Assembly: GCA_943788915.1 (NCBI GenBank)
Contig: CALSSD010000010.1
Coordinates: 558,001 to 622,000 of the forward strand
Direction of reading: 5' to 3'
Origin: an uncultured Acidimicrobiales bacterium
Lineage (GTDB): Bacteria; Actinomycetota; Acidimicrobiia; Acidimicrobiales; UBA10347
DNA length: 64,000 nucleotides
The notes under the pieces were generated by a model. The model did no database searches. It saw only the letters and a program-made list of their open reading frames with translations, and was not told where the DNA came from. The position numbers and the translations under genes were made by a program. Below are positions 19,594-30,300 of this stretch, in pieces. The first letter of the stretch is position 1, and the number at the start of each line of letters is the position of its first letter.

Positions 19594-19636
19594 TTGTTTC
19601 CCATTGCTTGTTTCCCATTGCTTGTTTCCCATTGCT
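19594..19636. repeat. Tandem repeat (TTGTTTCCCATTGC)x3
   Basis: Three exact 14-nt copies ending about 11 nt before the rph start. Confidence 0.9.
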
Positions 19637-19647
19637 GAGGATCTGTT

Positions 19648-20382
19648 GTGCGCCCTGACGGCCGTCAAACCGACGAACTACGCCCCTTCACGTTCGAGCG
19701 TGACTACACCGACATGCCGGCTGGCTCCGTGCTGGCATCGTTTGGTCGCACACGCATGCTGTGCACGGCCTCGATCGACGAGGGTGTACCTCGTTGGATG
19801 AGGGGCTCGGGGGAAGGCTGGGTCACCGCCGAGTACTCCATGCTGCCTGGATCAACCCCTGGGCGTGCGAACCGCGAAGCGGCCAAGGGCAAACAATCAG
19901 GTCGTACCCAAGAGATTCAACGGCTGATTGGTCGTTCCTTGCGTTCGGTCGTCGACATGAAGAAACTCGGCGAACGTCAGATCATTCTTGACTGTGATGC
20001 ACTCCAGGCCGATGGCGGCACCCGGACCACGGCGATTAGCGGTGCGTTCGTTGCACTGCACGACGCGTGCACCCGTTTAGTTCAGACTGGCGAACTCGCG
20101 GAACACCCGATCACGGATTATTGCGCTGCGATATCGGTTGGCATCATCGACGGCGAGCCTCGTTTGGATTTACCGTATGTCGAAGACGCGAAGGCCGAGG
20201 TCGACATGAACGTCGTCATGCTCGGCTCCGGGTCCTTCATCGAGGTCCAGGGCACCGCAGAAGGAGCGCCGTACAGCCGCACCGAACTCGATGCACTGCT
20301 GGCCTTGGCCGAAAAGGGAATTGCCGAGATCATCGAGGCACAACGAGCACTCTTGCAGACCCCTCCTGCCCGGCGTGGCTGA
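19648..20382 (+). CDS. rph: Ribonuclease PH
   Basis: [39 protein letters not shown]. Confidence 0.97.
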   Translation: MRPDGRQTDELRPFTFERDYTDMPAGSVLASFGRTRMLCTASIDEGVPRWMRGSGEGWVTAEYSMLPGSTPGRANREAAKGKQSGRTQEIQRLIGRSLRSVVDMKKLGERQIILDCDALQADGGTRTTAISGAFVALHDACTRLVQTGELAEHPITDYCAAISVGIIDGEPRLDLPYVEDAKAEVDMNVVMLGSGSFIEVQGTAEGAPYSRTELDALLALAEKGIAEIIEAQRALLQTPPARRG

Positions 20383-20980
20383 TCCAGCAACGCCGCTGGT
20401 GGTTGTTGCTGCAACCGCCAATCAGCACAAGCTCGATGAGATGCGAGCCGTGTTCGGTGCCGCAATCGAGCTGCTTCCGAGACCAGCCGAGGTACCCGAG
20501 GTCGTCGAGGATGCGGACTCGTTCGTCGGTAATGCCCGACTCAAGGCCGTGGCCATCGCCGAAGCATCTGGTCATGTGGCCCTAGCCGACGACAGCGGTC
20601 TCGAGGTCGACGCGCTCGATGGTGCTCCTGGCGTCGAGTCGGCGTACTACGGCGGCGGCGACCATGACGACGCAGCGAATCGGGCGCGACTGGTGTCTGA
20701 GCTTTCCGGCGTAGCCGTTGCGCAACGCACCGCCCGTTTCCGCACGGTGATGGTGCTTCGATGGCCCGATGGTCGCGAAGTCGTGGCCCAAGGCAGCTGC
20801 GAAGGGCGCATCGGTGAACAGGAGAAGGGTGATCAAGGATTCGGGTACGACCCGCTCTTTGTGCCTGACGGCAGCGACGGGCGTACGTTTGGCGAGCACA
20901 CTGCCGACGAGAAGAACGCCATCAGTCATCGCAGCCGGGCATGTTTAGCGCTTCTGACTGAACTTGGATTCGCCGACTGA
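20375..20980 (+). CDS. rdgB: dITP/XTP pyrophosphatase (HAM1/RdgB)
   Basis: [40 protein letters not shown]; overlaps rph stop. Confidence 0.94.
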   Translation: MADPATPLVVVAATANQHKLDEMRAVFGAAIELLPRPAEVPEVVEDADSFVGNARLKAVAIAEASGHVALADDSGLEVDALDGAPGVESAYYGGGDHDDAANRARLVSELSGVAVAQRTARFRTVMVLRWPDGREVVAQGSCEGRIGEQEKGDQGFGYDPLFVPDGSDGRTFGEHTADEKNAISHRSRACLALLTELGFAD

Positions 20981-21133
20981 CGCCGGAGCCGGAACACATT
21001 CTGCGTTAGCGCTTGGCTTGCTTGAGGCGCAGACGTTCGGCCAAGCAGGCCGCAACTTCGGGGAGTACACCCAGAAAACGTCAGGAGTGGGTCTCTCCCA
21101 CGAGTGGCGTAACTGGCGATGGGTAACGCCGCG

Positions 21134-22291
21134 TTAGGCGTCGCCTTCAGCGAGAGCGAAGTCGGCGTACTCTTCGTCGGTCGACTCGAGATGTTCGAAC
21201 TGGATGACACCGATCTCCTCGAACTTGGTGCGCAACCAGCCATCGCCTGCATCGAGCAGGCCGAGTTTGCGACAGTTCGGCACGATCTTGCTGAAGAGCA
21301 GTCGCTGGAACTCCTTTTCTTCGTCGCTGGCGTTGAGCTGAGCCTGGATGATTGGTTTCACGTTCTCGACACCCATCCTGTGCCAGACCTCCTGTTGCAA
21401 GAAACGATCTCGCATACGCAACGCGGCCTCGAAAGCGAACTCTTGACGTTCTTGAATTTCAGCGAGCGACATGTGCTGGTACACCTCTTGCAGACTGAGT
21501 ACACCGAACGCGACGTGGCGGGCTTCGTCGCTCATCACATACCGCAACAACTTCTTGAGCAGTGGTTCGGTCGTCATCGAATGGAGGAATCCGAAGGCGG
21601 CCAGAGCGAGTCCTTCGATCATGATCTGCATGCCGAGGTAGGTCATGTCCCACCGGGAGTCATTGATGACATCATCGAGCAGATGTTGAAGGTGAGGGTT
21701 GACCTGGTAGCTGTCCTCGATCTTGGTGTCGAGGTATTTGGCGAAGACTTCGACATGGCGAGCTTCGTCCATGACCTGGGTCGATGCGTAGTATTTGGCG
21801 TCGATCCAAGGAACGGTTTCGACGATCTTGGCGGTCGCCACCAGTGCACCCTGTTCGCCGTGCAAGAACTGGCTGAGTTGCCAGACCAGCGACTGCATAC
21901 TGAATTCGTGGAACTCCTTGTCGCCCCAATTCTTGAGCGGGCTGCCTGGTTCCTCGGCAGCTCGGTGGATAGGCCGAAACTGAACCTCGCCCAACATCGC
22001 CATATCCGCAGCCAGCTGATCTAATTCGACATTGGTCGACCAGTCGAGGTCGATCTCGCCGTCCCACATCGAGTGTTTCGACTTCTCGTACAGCTTCGCT
22101 AGTCGGGGCCGAGCGCCCTTTTCGTAGTCCCAGGTGAAGATGGTGTCGGCGTTGTTCTTGACCACCGAGATGGCGGCATCGCGATCGGTGTTGGTGACCT
22201 CGAGAATGGCGTCGACATCATTTGGGTCGTTGGTGTCGAGCGACCGGATGTAGTCGGTGGAACTTGTGGTGGAATTTGTCGTGGCAGTCAT
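21134..22291 (-). CDS. Ferritin-like diiron oxygenase (AurF-related)
   Basis: HGEQGAL, DEARH, IEGLALAAF, second DEARH. Confidence 0.82.
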   Translation of the reverse strand: MTATTNSTTSSTDYIRSLDTNDPNDVDAILEVTNTDRDAAISVVKNNADTIFTWDYEKGARPRLAKLYEKSKHSMWDGEIDLDWSTNVELDQLAADMAMLGEVQFRPIHRAAEEPGSPLKNWGDKEFHEFSMQSLVWQLSQFLHGEQGALVATAKIVETVPWIDAKYYASTQVMDEARHVEVFAKYLDTKIEDSYQVNPHLQHLLDDVINDSRWDMTYLGMQIMIEGLALAAFGFLHSMTTEPLLKKLLRYVMSDEARHVAFGVLSLQEVYQHMSLAEIQERQEFAFEAALRMRDRFLQQEVWHRMGVENVKPIIQAQLNASDEEKEFQRLLFSKIVPNCRKLGLLDAGDGWLRTKFEEIGVIQFEHLESTDEEYADFALAEGDA

Positions 22292-22744
22292 GTGTGGTTC
22301 CTCTTCGTACGTCCGGCGTGATGGTCGTAATTTCAGCCGAACAGATAACACCGATTATCGCGCATGGGGAAGAGCGCCGCCAGCGACTGTGCTGAGGTTC
22401 GGATCGCGCCCTAAATCGATTCGGTACATGCAGGAACTTCGATGTCCAGGTTCGGCCAGAGACCTCGCCAGAGGGTATGGGCCCGGCGGGCAAGGGTGTG
22501 TTCCTTTCGACAATCTCTTCGTCACTGTCTGCTGCAAAGAACAACTCAAGGTCGGTTGACACGGCATCAAGATCTAGTGCCAGGGTCTGGCCGTCTGCGA
22601 TCACACCACCAGCGAGGACTCGGCGCACTCCGACAGATACACGGACAGCCGCGCGCTCAGCGTTGACCTTCACTCGACGCCCTAAACGAAATCTTTACGA
22701 TTCCTGTCGAAACGGCGATGAGCGCTTGTTCTAGGCTCGGTCGA

Positions 22745-23545
22745 ATGCAACTGGTCGATACCACCAGGTACCCCGTGGAAAGTCTGGGCAGCGCTGTGGG
22801 GCAGCGGCTTATCGCCGATTGTGTGCGGTCATATGCGAATGATGGTGCTGTGGTGTTGCCGGGTTTTCTCACGGCCGACGCGGTGGAGTCGATTGCCCGA
22901 GAGGGTCACGCCCAGATCAGTCGAGCCTTCTTTTGTCGAAGTGAACACACGGTGTTCCTCGACGAGGGTCGACCAGGTGATGGCGGCAACGAGTCGGATC
23001 CGTTTGATCCCCGCCGACGCATGTTGCAAACGAGCGTTGGTTCGATCGCCAACGACTTCCTGGACCCCCAGGGTGCTTTGCAGCAACTCTACGAATGGGC
23101 GCCGCTAACCGCCTTCATCGGTGCCGTGCTTGGCCACGCCAACTTCCATCGCGGTGCGGACCCGCTCGGAGCACTGTCGATCAATGTCTACGGCCAGGGT
23201 GACCTGCACGAATGGCACTTCGACGAATCGCAGTTTTCGGTCACCATCATGATTCAAGAAGCCGACGTCGGCGGTCACTTCGAGTACGTCAGCGGTTTGC
23301 GCTCCGACGGCCATGTCGATATCGCCGGCATTCAGCAAGTCCTCGACGGCGATGAATCGCAGGTGCAGCGGCTGCCATTCGGTGCAGGGAGCCTTTCGAT
23401 ATTTGCCGGCCGCAACACGCTGCACCGGGTGACAGAAGTAGCCGGTACTCGACACCGACTCGTACCGGTGCTCACCTATGCCACAACACCTGGCTCGGCG
23501 AACAGCGATGCGGTGCGGGAGTTGTTTTGGGGCCGCACCGCCTGA
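22745..23545 (+). CDS. Fe(II)/2OG oxygenase, BesD/HalD-like family, HxD (hydroxylase) type
   Basis: HEWHFD, GGHFEYV, FAGRNTLHRVT..R. Confidence 0.72.
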   Translation: MQLVDTTRYPVESLGSAVGQRLIADCVRSYANDGAVVLPGFLTADAVESIAREGHAQISRAFFCRSEHTVFLDEGRPGDGGNESDPFDPRRRMLQTSVGSIANDFLDPQGALQQLYEWAPLTAFIGAVLGHANFHRGADPLGALSINVYGQGDLHEWHFDESQFSVTIMIQEADVGGHFEYVSGLRSDGHVDIAGIQQVLDGDESQVQRLPFGAGSLSIFAGRNTLHRVTEVAGTRHRLVPVLTYATTPGSANSDAVRELFWGRTA

Positions 23546-23657
23546 CGTTACGTGTGTGCCCCGAGTGGTGACACCGACGGTTTGTGGACCGTCGGCAACG
23601 ATGTGATGTTAGGCAATCAGCTGACCGGCACGTCGCCCTTCCCTCTAGGATCTCTCG

Positions 23658-24239
23658 ATGGCAGAGGCAGCTGAAGATAGGTCGGTCACCTTCGTGCTTT
23701 CGGGGCCCGGGGGAGTGGGCAAGGGAACCGTTGTTGAACGACTGCTCAACCTGGTCGACGGCTTATGGCTCAGCCGATCGTGGACAACCCGAGATCCCCG
23801 TCCAGGCGAAGCCGCCGATGCGTATAACTTCGTAGACCGTGAAACGTTCAAGGCACATATCGAAGACGATGGATTCCTCGAGTGGGTCGAGTTCCTGGAT
23901 TATTTGCAGGGCACACCCGTGCCAAACCCGCCATCGGGCAAAGACGTCTTGCTCGAAATCGATGTACAAGGTGCCGCCCAAATTTACGCGATGGACCCCA
24001 GCGCTGTCTTGTTGTTCTTAGACGCTCCGTCAATCGACGAACAAGAAGCCCGGTTGCGGGCGCGCGGTGACACCGAGGAACGTGTTGCTCAACGGCTGAC
24101 GACAGCGATCGCCGAACGAGCAGCTGCTGAAGAACTTGGCTGCCAGGTCGTGATCAACGACGATCTGGATTCGACAGTGGCCGAGCTGGCAGCGATCATT
24201 GATTTCTACCGCGGCGAACGTTCGTCCGTCGCTACATAA
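23658..24239 (+). CDS. gmk: Guanylate kinase
   Basis: SGPGGVGKGT, TTRDPRPGE, LEIDVQGA. Confidence 0.95.
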   Translation: MAEAAEDRSVTFVLSGPGGVGKGTVVERLLNLVDGLWLSRSWTTRDPRPGEAADAYNFVDRETFKAHIEDDGFLEWVEFLDYLQGTPVPNPPSGKDVLLEIDVQGAAQIYAMDPSAVLLFLDAPSIDEQEARLRARGDTEERVAQRLTTAIAERAAAEELGCQVVINDDLDSTVAELAAIIDFYRGERSSVAT

Positions 24240-24305
24240 CGACGAAGCTCATGATTCGCTGCTAGCGTAAAAGAGCTTCACGCCCCCGTTACAGCAGGTT
24301 TTGAC

Positions 24306-24674
24306 ATGGCACAAGAACAAGACTCAATGATGGGTACTCCGATCGAGGCCCTCCTCGAGGCCACCGGATCGAAGTTCTCGCTCGTCACGCTTGCATCAAA
24401 GCGCGCCCGGCAGATCAACGCCTACTTCGGCCAGCTTGGTGGCGGACTTGGTGCGTCCATTCCGCCCCAGGTCACCTCGGTGGCTCACAAACCACTCACC
24501 ATTGCGTTCGAAGAAATCGGCGCCAAGAAGATCGTCATGGGTGACCCAAAGGTCGTGGCTGCTCAGGAAGCCGCTGCCGCTGCTGCAGCCGCCCAAGCCG
24601 AAGCCGACATGAAGGCTGCGGCCGCCGAGGCCGCCGCAGCAGCCGAAGCGGAGAAGAAGGATCGCGACAGCTGA
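24306..24674 (+). CDS. rpoZ: RNA polymerase omega subunit
   Basis: SKFSLVTLASKRARQIN, KPLTIAFEEI; gmk-rpoZ-coaBC synteny. Confidence 0.94.
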   Translation: MAQEQDSMMGTPIEALLEATGSKFSLVTLASKRARQINAYFGQLGGGLGASIPPQVTSVAHKPLTIAFEEIGAKKIVMGDPKVVAAQEAAAAAAAAQAEADMKAAAAEAAAAAEAEKKDRDS

Positions 24675-24710
24675 TCCACGAGTGGTCTGAGCGTCTACGA
24701 TCATCCGCGT

Positions 24711-25925
24711 ATGACCACATCACTTCAGGGTAAACGAATCGTCCTCGGTGTGAGCGGTGGCATTTCGGCGTACAAGGCCATAGAGGTTTGCCGTCGACTC
24801 GTCGATGCTGGCGCCTATGTGGTGCCGATCATGACCGAAAACGCCGAACGTTTCGTTGGCAAGGTCACGTTCTCGGCGTTGGCGTCCGAACCAGTCCACA
24901 CCAGCCTGTGGGATGACTGGGGTGGCCCAATCCCGCACACCAAGTTCGGCCAAGAAGCCGATCTGGTGCTGGTGTGTCCTGCAACTGCCCGGGTTATCGG
25001 CAGTTACGCCGCTGGTATCTCCGATGACCTTCTGACCAACACACTCATCGCAACCCAGGCTCCCGTGGTCATCTGCCCAGCCATGCACACCGAGATGTGG
25101 GAAAACCCCGCAATCGTCGACAACATCGCCTTACTGCAATCACGTGGCGTCCATATTGTTGCGCCCGAAGAAGGCCGGCTGGCAGGCGGCGATATCGGCA
25201 AGGGCCGACTCGCATCACCCGCAACCGTTGTTGCTGCCGTGGCAGATGTCCTCGACCCGTTGGGACTCGATCTGTCTGGCTTACGCATCATGATCACGGC
25301 CGGTGGCACCAGAGAGAAACTTGATCCGGTTCGATTCATAGGGAACCGCTCCACTGGCAAACAGGGTTACGCCTTCGCCGAAGCTGCTGCCCGAGCTGGC
25401 GCCGATGTCGAGCTGATCACCACCGTTGATCTTCCCGCCCCTGCCGGGGTCGAAGTCGTGCGTCTGACTACCGCAGCAGAAATGCACCAGGCCGCTATCA
25501 CCGGCGCTGAACGAGCGGACATCGTGGTCATGGCGGCAGCGGTCGCTGACTTCCGGCCAGCGGATCCGAGCGAGATCAAGATCAAAAAAGCCGGTGGTGT
25601 GCCAACGATCGAACTCGAACGCACGGTTGATATTTTGGCCGACCTCGGGTCACGTAAACGGCCAGGCCAACAGCTCGTGGGGTTCGCTGCCGAGACAAAT
25701 GATCTCATCGAAAACGCAGAACGCAAACTCACCAAAAAGAACGCGGACTTCATCGTCGCTAACGATGTGTCAACCCCTGGTGCTGGATTTGGCCACGACA
25801 CGAACATCGTGACCATCGTGGCCCCGGGTGGTGTCTGCGATAGCCTCTCGCTGACGTCAAAGTTAGGCGTCGCTCGGGCTGTTCTTCGTACCGTCGTTGC
25901 GGCACGAACCCCGAACGATACGTAA
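24711..25925 (+). CDS. coaBC: Phosphopantothenoylcysteine decarboxylase/ligase
   Basis: [45 protein letters not shown]. Confidence 0.96.
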   Translation: MTTSLQGKRIVLGVSGGISAYKAIEVCRRLVDAGAYVVPIMTENAERFVGKVTFSALASEPVHTSLWDDWGGPIPHTKFGQEADLVLVCPATARVIGSYAAGISDDLLTNTLIATQAPVVICPAMHTEMWENPAIVDNIALLQSRGVHIVAPEEGRLAGGDIGKGRLASPATVVAAVADVLDPLGLDLSGLRIMITAGGTREKLDPVRFIGNRSTGKQGYAFAEAAARAGADVELITTVDLPAPAGVEVVRLTTAAEMHQAAITGAERADIVVMAAAVADFRPADPSEIKIKKAGGVPTIELERTVDILADLGSRKRPGQQLVGFAAETNDLIENAERKLTKKNADFIVANDVSTPGAGFGHDTNIVTIVAPGGVCDSLSLTSKLGVARAVLRTVVAARTPNDT

Positions 25926-25950
25926 CCAATCTCGTACATGCGGAGAACAC

Positions 25951-27147
25951 ATGTCTTCTTACTCGTTCACGTCTGAGTCAGTGACGGAGGGCCATCCTGA
26001 CAAGATGGCCGATCAGATTTCGGATTCGATCCTCGATGCCTTGTTGGCCGAGGACCCCGAAAGCCGGGTTGCGTGCGAAACGTTTGTAACCACCGGCCTC
26101 GCAGTCGTGGGTGGTGAAATTACGACCAAGGCCTACGTCGACATTCCCTCCATCGTGCGCAGCACCATCTGCGAGATTGGCTACGACAACGGCGACATCG
26201 GCTACGACGGCAAGGCCTGCGGCGTGCTGATCTCGCTCGACGAGCAGTCACCCGACATCAGCCAGGGCGTCACCACCAGCGAAGAGGTCCGTTCCGGCGA
26301 ATCTGGCGAGATCGACGACCTCGACAAACAAGGCGCTGGCGACCAAGGCATGATGTTCGGTTACGCATCGAACGAGACCGATGTGTATATGCCACAACCC
26401 ATCCACCTGGCCCATCGCATGGCTGAGCGCCTGGCAGCGGTGCGCAAGGCGGGCACAGTTCCGTACCTGCGTCCTGATGGCAAGACCCAGGTCACCTTCC
26501 GCTACGAGAACGGCTTGCCCGTAAAGCTCGAGAACGTGGTCGTTTCGACCCAGCACAGCCCGGGCATCGATCGCGACAACATGATTCGTCCCGACCTGAT
26601 CGAACATGTCATTCGCCCAGTCATCCCTGAGCAATTCGCCGATGACGATTACGAGATCTTCGTCAACCCGACTGGCAACTTCGTCATCGGCGGCCCCGTC
26701 GGCGACGCCGGCCTCACCGGACGCAAGATCATCGTCGATACGTACGGTGGTATGGCTCGCCACGGTGGCGGTGCCTTCAGCGGCAAAGACCCATCCAAGG
26801 TCGACCGCTCTGCTGCATACGCAACCCGCTGGGTTGCAAAGAACGTGGTCGCGGCTGGCGCCGCAGATCGATGCGAAGTACAGGTTGCCTACGCCATTGG
26901 TGTGGCCCACCCCATGTCGGTCATGGTCGAAACGTTCGGTACCGAGAAGGTCGATCCAGAAGCAATCGAGGCTGCGGTGAACGCAGTGTTTGACCTGCGC
27001 CCTGGTGCAATCTTACGTGACCTCAATCTCAAGCGCCCGGTGTACAAGCAGACCGCAGCGTATGGCCACTTCGGCCGCGAAGGCGACGGCTTCACCTGGG
27101 AAAATCTGGACCGAGTCGACGACCTGAAGTCGGCACTCGGCCTGTAG
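25951..27147 (+). CDS. metK: S-adenosylmethionine synthetase
   Basis: [34 protein letters not shown]. Confidence 0.98.
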   Translation: MSSYSFTSESVTEGHPDKMADQISDSILDALLAEDPESRVACETFVTTGLAVVGGEITTKAYVDIPSIVRSTICEIGYDNGDIGYDGKACGVLISLDEQSPDISQGVTTSEEVRSGESGEIDDLDKQGAGDQGMMFGYASNETDVYMPQPIHLAHRMAERLAAVRKAGTVPYLRPDGKTQVTFRYENGLPVKLENVVVSTQHSPGIDRDNMIRPDLIEHVIRPVIPEQFADDDYEIFVNPTGNFVIGGPVGDAGLTGRKIIVDTYGGMARHGGGAFSGKDPSKVDRSAAYATRWVAKNVVAAGAADRCEVQVAYAIGVAHPMSVMVETFGTEKVDPEAIEAAVNAVFDLRPGAILRDLNLKRPVYKQTAAYGHFGREGDGFTWENLDRVDDLKSALGL

Positions 27148-27226
27148 CAGGCACTGATCCGGTCAACGCCGGATGGTTGTTGTGGCAAACGAATTCGCAG
27201 GTAACGCACCACCGTTGGTATCTGAG

Positions 27227-28951
27227 ATGCCAACGGTGGTGCGCGTGCAGCCCGATGTCGCTGCGCTGCACCGCTCGTTTGATTACGCAGTCCCCGAAAC
27301 GTGGCGTGCAGCGAACGACATCAATCTGAATGTCGGCAGCCGGGTGCGTATCGAACTGCATGGCCGCCGCGTGGGTGGCTGGGTCACGGAACTCGATCCA
27401 GACCCAGCTGTCGACGTAGAGCTGCGACTGCTGCAGAAGTGGTCAGGGCTCGGGCCAAATGGCCCCATGATCGATCTGGCGAATTGGCTTGCCTACCGAT
27501 GGGTTGGTTCACCTGCAAAGGCGCTTCGCACCGCGTCGCCACCGAAGAACATCTACCGCCTCCCGGCCGCTGCTGTCGCACGATGGACAGGTCCGGTCGA
27601 TCCTAGCGCAGCACAAGTGTTCGAAGGAGAAGGATCCGTCGTCCGAGCAGCGCCCGGTACCGACAGGTGGCCACTGGTGTTGGCGGCAGCAGCACGAGGT
27701 AATCCGCTTCTACTCATGCCGACGATCGGTGCTGCCAAACAGCTCGCTGGCCGACTGCGGCGTTCAGGCCTCGAGGTAGCGCTGCTGCCTGACGACTGGG
27801 CGCGAGCAGCGGGCGGAGCAATTGTTGTTGGTACCAGAGCTGCGGTCCTTGGACCCGTGGGCGGCATTGGAGCGATCGTGGTGTTTGATGAACACGACGA
27901 TGCCTACCGCGAAGAACGTACACCTACCTGGCACGCCCGTGAAGTCGCGATCGAGCGGTCGAGACGAGCCGGCGTGCCGTGTGTGCTGGTGTCGCCTGCG
28001 CCGTCTGTCGAGGCCGTGAATGCCCTGCCATTGAGCGTGCCTGACCGGCAACGTGAACACGCTGGATGGGCTGCGGTGTCGGTCGTCGACCGGCGCAGCG
28101 AACCACCCGGTCGACTCGGCCTGTTCAGCGAAGAACTTGTCCGTGCACTCAGCCTGCCTGGCCGCGTTGCATGCATTCTCAACCGCACCGGGCGGGTTCG
28201 GCTACTCGCCTGTGTCGCGTGCGGCGAGTTGACAAGTTGCGACACGTGCCAGGGCGCAGTGCGTCAGGTCGATGACTCCACATTGACGTGCTCTCGCTGC
28301 GGTGAACAACGTCCACCCGTGTGTGCAGCGTGCGGTGGCGCCCGGTTGAAGAACCTGGTCCTTGGGGTCTCGCGTGCTCGAGAGGAGCTCAGTGCATTAC
28401 TCAACGAACCGGTTGGTGAGGTCACCGCGTCGGACTCCTCGGACGCTCATGCTCGGGTGGTCATTGGAACCGAGGCACTGCTGCGCGCTACGCCCGATCG
28501 GAATGCCCCCTGGACTTCTGTCGCGTTTCTCGATTTCGATCAGCACCTGACAGCGCTACGCCAGCAAGCAGAATCCGAGGCGATGGGATTGCTGGTTATG
28601 GCATCTCGACTCGTCGGGCCACGTCGTAATGGCGGCCGGATTCTGATTCAGACCCGCATGGGTGAACACCGTGTGCTCGACGCAGCACGCCGAGCCGACA
28701 CGGGCCCGCTTACCGAAGCATGGCAGGAACAGGCTAAAGCGATGCGGTGGCCGCCGGCGGTCGCCCAAGCCGAGGTCTCCGGTAAAGGCGCCGCTGGATT
28801 CATCGAACGACTCGGGAACCCGATCGGCCTCGATGTGCTCGGGCCCAATGAAGACCGATGGTTGATTCGCGCCCCAAACAATGAGGCACTCGTGAGCGAA
28901 CTTGCTCGGGTCGACCGGGGCGACGATCGGCTTCGGTTAGCGGTGCACTAA
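27227..28951 (+). CDS. priA: Primosomal protein N' (actinobacterial type, degenerate helicase motifs)
   Basis: FDYAVP...VGSRVRI, VGTRAAV, DEHD, four CxxC pairs; follows metK. Confidence 0.88.
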   Translation: MPTVVRVQPDVAALHRSFDYAVPETWRAANDINLNVGSRVRIELHGRRVGGWVTELDPDPAVDVELRLLQKWSGLGPNGPMIDLANWLAYRWVGSPAKALRTASPPKNIYRLPAAAVARWTGPVDPSAAQVFEGEGSVVRAAPGTDRWPLVLAAAARGNPLLLMPTIGAAKQLAGRLRRSGLEVALLPDDWARAAGGAIVVGTRAAVLGPVGGIGAIVVFDEHDDAYREERTPTWHAREVAIERSRRAGVPCVLVSPAPSVEAVNALPLSVPDRQREHAGWAAVSVVDRRSEPPGRLGLFSEELVRALSLPGRVACILNRTGRVRLLACVACGELTSCDTCQGAVRQVDDSTLTCSRCGEQRPPVCAACGGARLKNLVLGVSRAREELSALLNEPVGEVTASDSSDAHARVVIGTEALLRATPDRNAPWTSVAFLDFDQHLTALRQQAESEAMGLLVMASRLVGPRRNGGRILIQTRMGEHRVLDAARRADTGPLTEAWQEQAKAMRWPPAVAQAEVSGKGAAGFIERLGNPIGLDVLGPNEDRWLIRAPNNEALVSELARVDRGDDRLRLAVH

Positions 28952-28962
28952 CGGTCCGCTAT

Positions 28963-29487
28963 TTAGGCGGTGAAGGCCTGGCGGCGAGCTTCGTACATCG
29001 CAATCGATGCGGCCGTCGCGACATTGAGCGAACCGATCCGGCCGAGTTGGGGGAGGAACACCACCGAGTCACATTCTGCCAACGCTGCCTTTGACAAACC
29101 TCGGTCCTCGTGGCCGATCACCAGGCACATCGGTGTCGGCAGAACAGCATCATGTATGGCCACAGCCTGGTCGGCGAGCTCAAGTCCAACCAGCGAATGG
29201 CCCGCGGCTCGGGCCGCTTCGGTTGCTTTGGCAAAGTCGTCGTGAACGGTCCATGGCACAAACCGGTCAGACCCGAGCGCAGTCTTTCCGACGTTGGTGC
29301 TTGTCGGGTCGATCTGCATTGCGGCCAGATAGAGATGTTCAACGCGATATGCGGCAGCCGTCCGCAAGATCGATCCCAGGTTGTAGGGCCCGCCCAATCC
29401 CTCGAGCATCAGCGCGAGCCGCGGCGGTTCATTCTTGCGCCAGCTGCGATGGAGTCGTTTGAGTTCTGTGCTGGTGAGCTGCTTCAT
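28963..29487 (-). CDS. TrmH/SpoU family RNA methyltransferase
   Basis: NLGSILRTA, GHEDRGLS, SLNVATAASIAMYE. Confidence 0.9.
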   Translation of the reverse strand: MKQLTSTELKRLHRSWRKNEPPRLALMLEGLGGPYNLGSILRTAAAYRVEHLYLAAMQIDPTSTNVGKTALGSDRFVPWTVHDDFAKATEAARAAGHSLVGLELADQAVAIHDAVLPTPMCLVIGHEDRGLSKAALAECDSVVFLPQLGRIGSLNVATAASIAMYEARRQAFTA

Positions 29488-29489
29488 TC

Positions 29490-30131
29490 TTATTCCGTCT
29501 GATCGTCGGCTGCGTTGCTTGGCTTCAACCGCTCAGGGCGAGGCTTCACCACCAGGATCCGGTAGCCAGCGCGGCTAATCAGTCGGGTAGTCGGCCAACC
29601 CTGCTCGATCAGCCAACGTTGCAGCGAGTCGCTGCCAAGGTGTTTGTGCACCACCAGTTCGGCCCGGCCACCCGGCGCCAGACGGTCGAGCCAGAGCTCC
29701 AGCAACGGGTGCAGGTTTTTCTTGCCGATCCGGATCGGCGGGTTCGAAACAATGAGATCAAACTGCTGATCAGCCGGCATGTCCTCGGGTGCGTGCACCG
29801 AGATATCGAGGTGATGTTTCTTGGCATTCGCAGCACACAGATCGCGGGCTCGAGCGTTGACGTCGACGGCCCACACCTTGGCTGCTGGCGCTCGTCGTGC
29901 GACGGCGCACGCAATCGGTCCGTAGCCGCAGCCGACATCCAGAATTGTCTTTGCCTTGCCGGGTTTGGCTGCCTCAACGAGGAGCACCTGCGTGCCGTCA
30001 TCGATCTTCATGCCCGAGAAGACACCTCGATCAACATCAAGTTCCATCGACAGATCTTTGAGCTTCAGCGGTACCTGTCGGACCTTGCTCGGGACCGATG
30101 GATTGTCTTCGAAATAATGTCCCTCAGCCAC
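29490..30131 (-). CDS. Class I SAM methyltransferase, small (RsmC-like)
   Basis: GVFSG..IDDGT, LDVGCGYGPI, SNPPIRIGK. Confidence 0.88.
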   Translation of the reverse strand: MAEGHYFEDNPSVPSKVRQVPLKLKDLSMELDVDRGVFSGMKIDDGTQVLLVEAAKPGKAKTILDVGCGYGPIACAVARRAPAAKVWAVDVNARARDLCAANAKKHHLDISVHAPEDMPADQQFDLIVSNPPIRIGKKNLHPLLELWLDRLAPGGRAELVVHKHLGSDSLQRWLIEQGWPTTRLISRAGYRILVVKPRPERLKPSNAADDQTE

Positions 30132-30300
30132 GAGAACGAATGTACTCCTTGCAGTGTTGCACCGCTCCGCTAGGGGCTATCGCCCGTATTGCTCGTCGCC
30201 CAAGCAATGTCGGCCCAGCGAGTGAACATCATTGGTGTTATCACTCGCGCTATTGGCTGGTCTTATGTTGGCTGAATATTCGCGCTGCGATACTGGTGCG

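Noticed and set aside
21119..22024. 301-aa plus-strand ORF
   Set aside because: Antisense shadow of the diiron oxygenase
22218..22673. 151-aa minus-strand ORF, possibly a frameshifted small gene
   Set aside because: No motif, overlaps the start of the diiron gene; cannot be supported
22745..23545. Radical halogenase
   Set aside because: HFD retains the Asp ligand; BesD-type halogenases have Gly or Ala there
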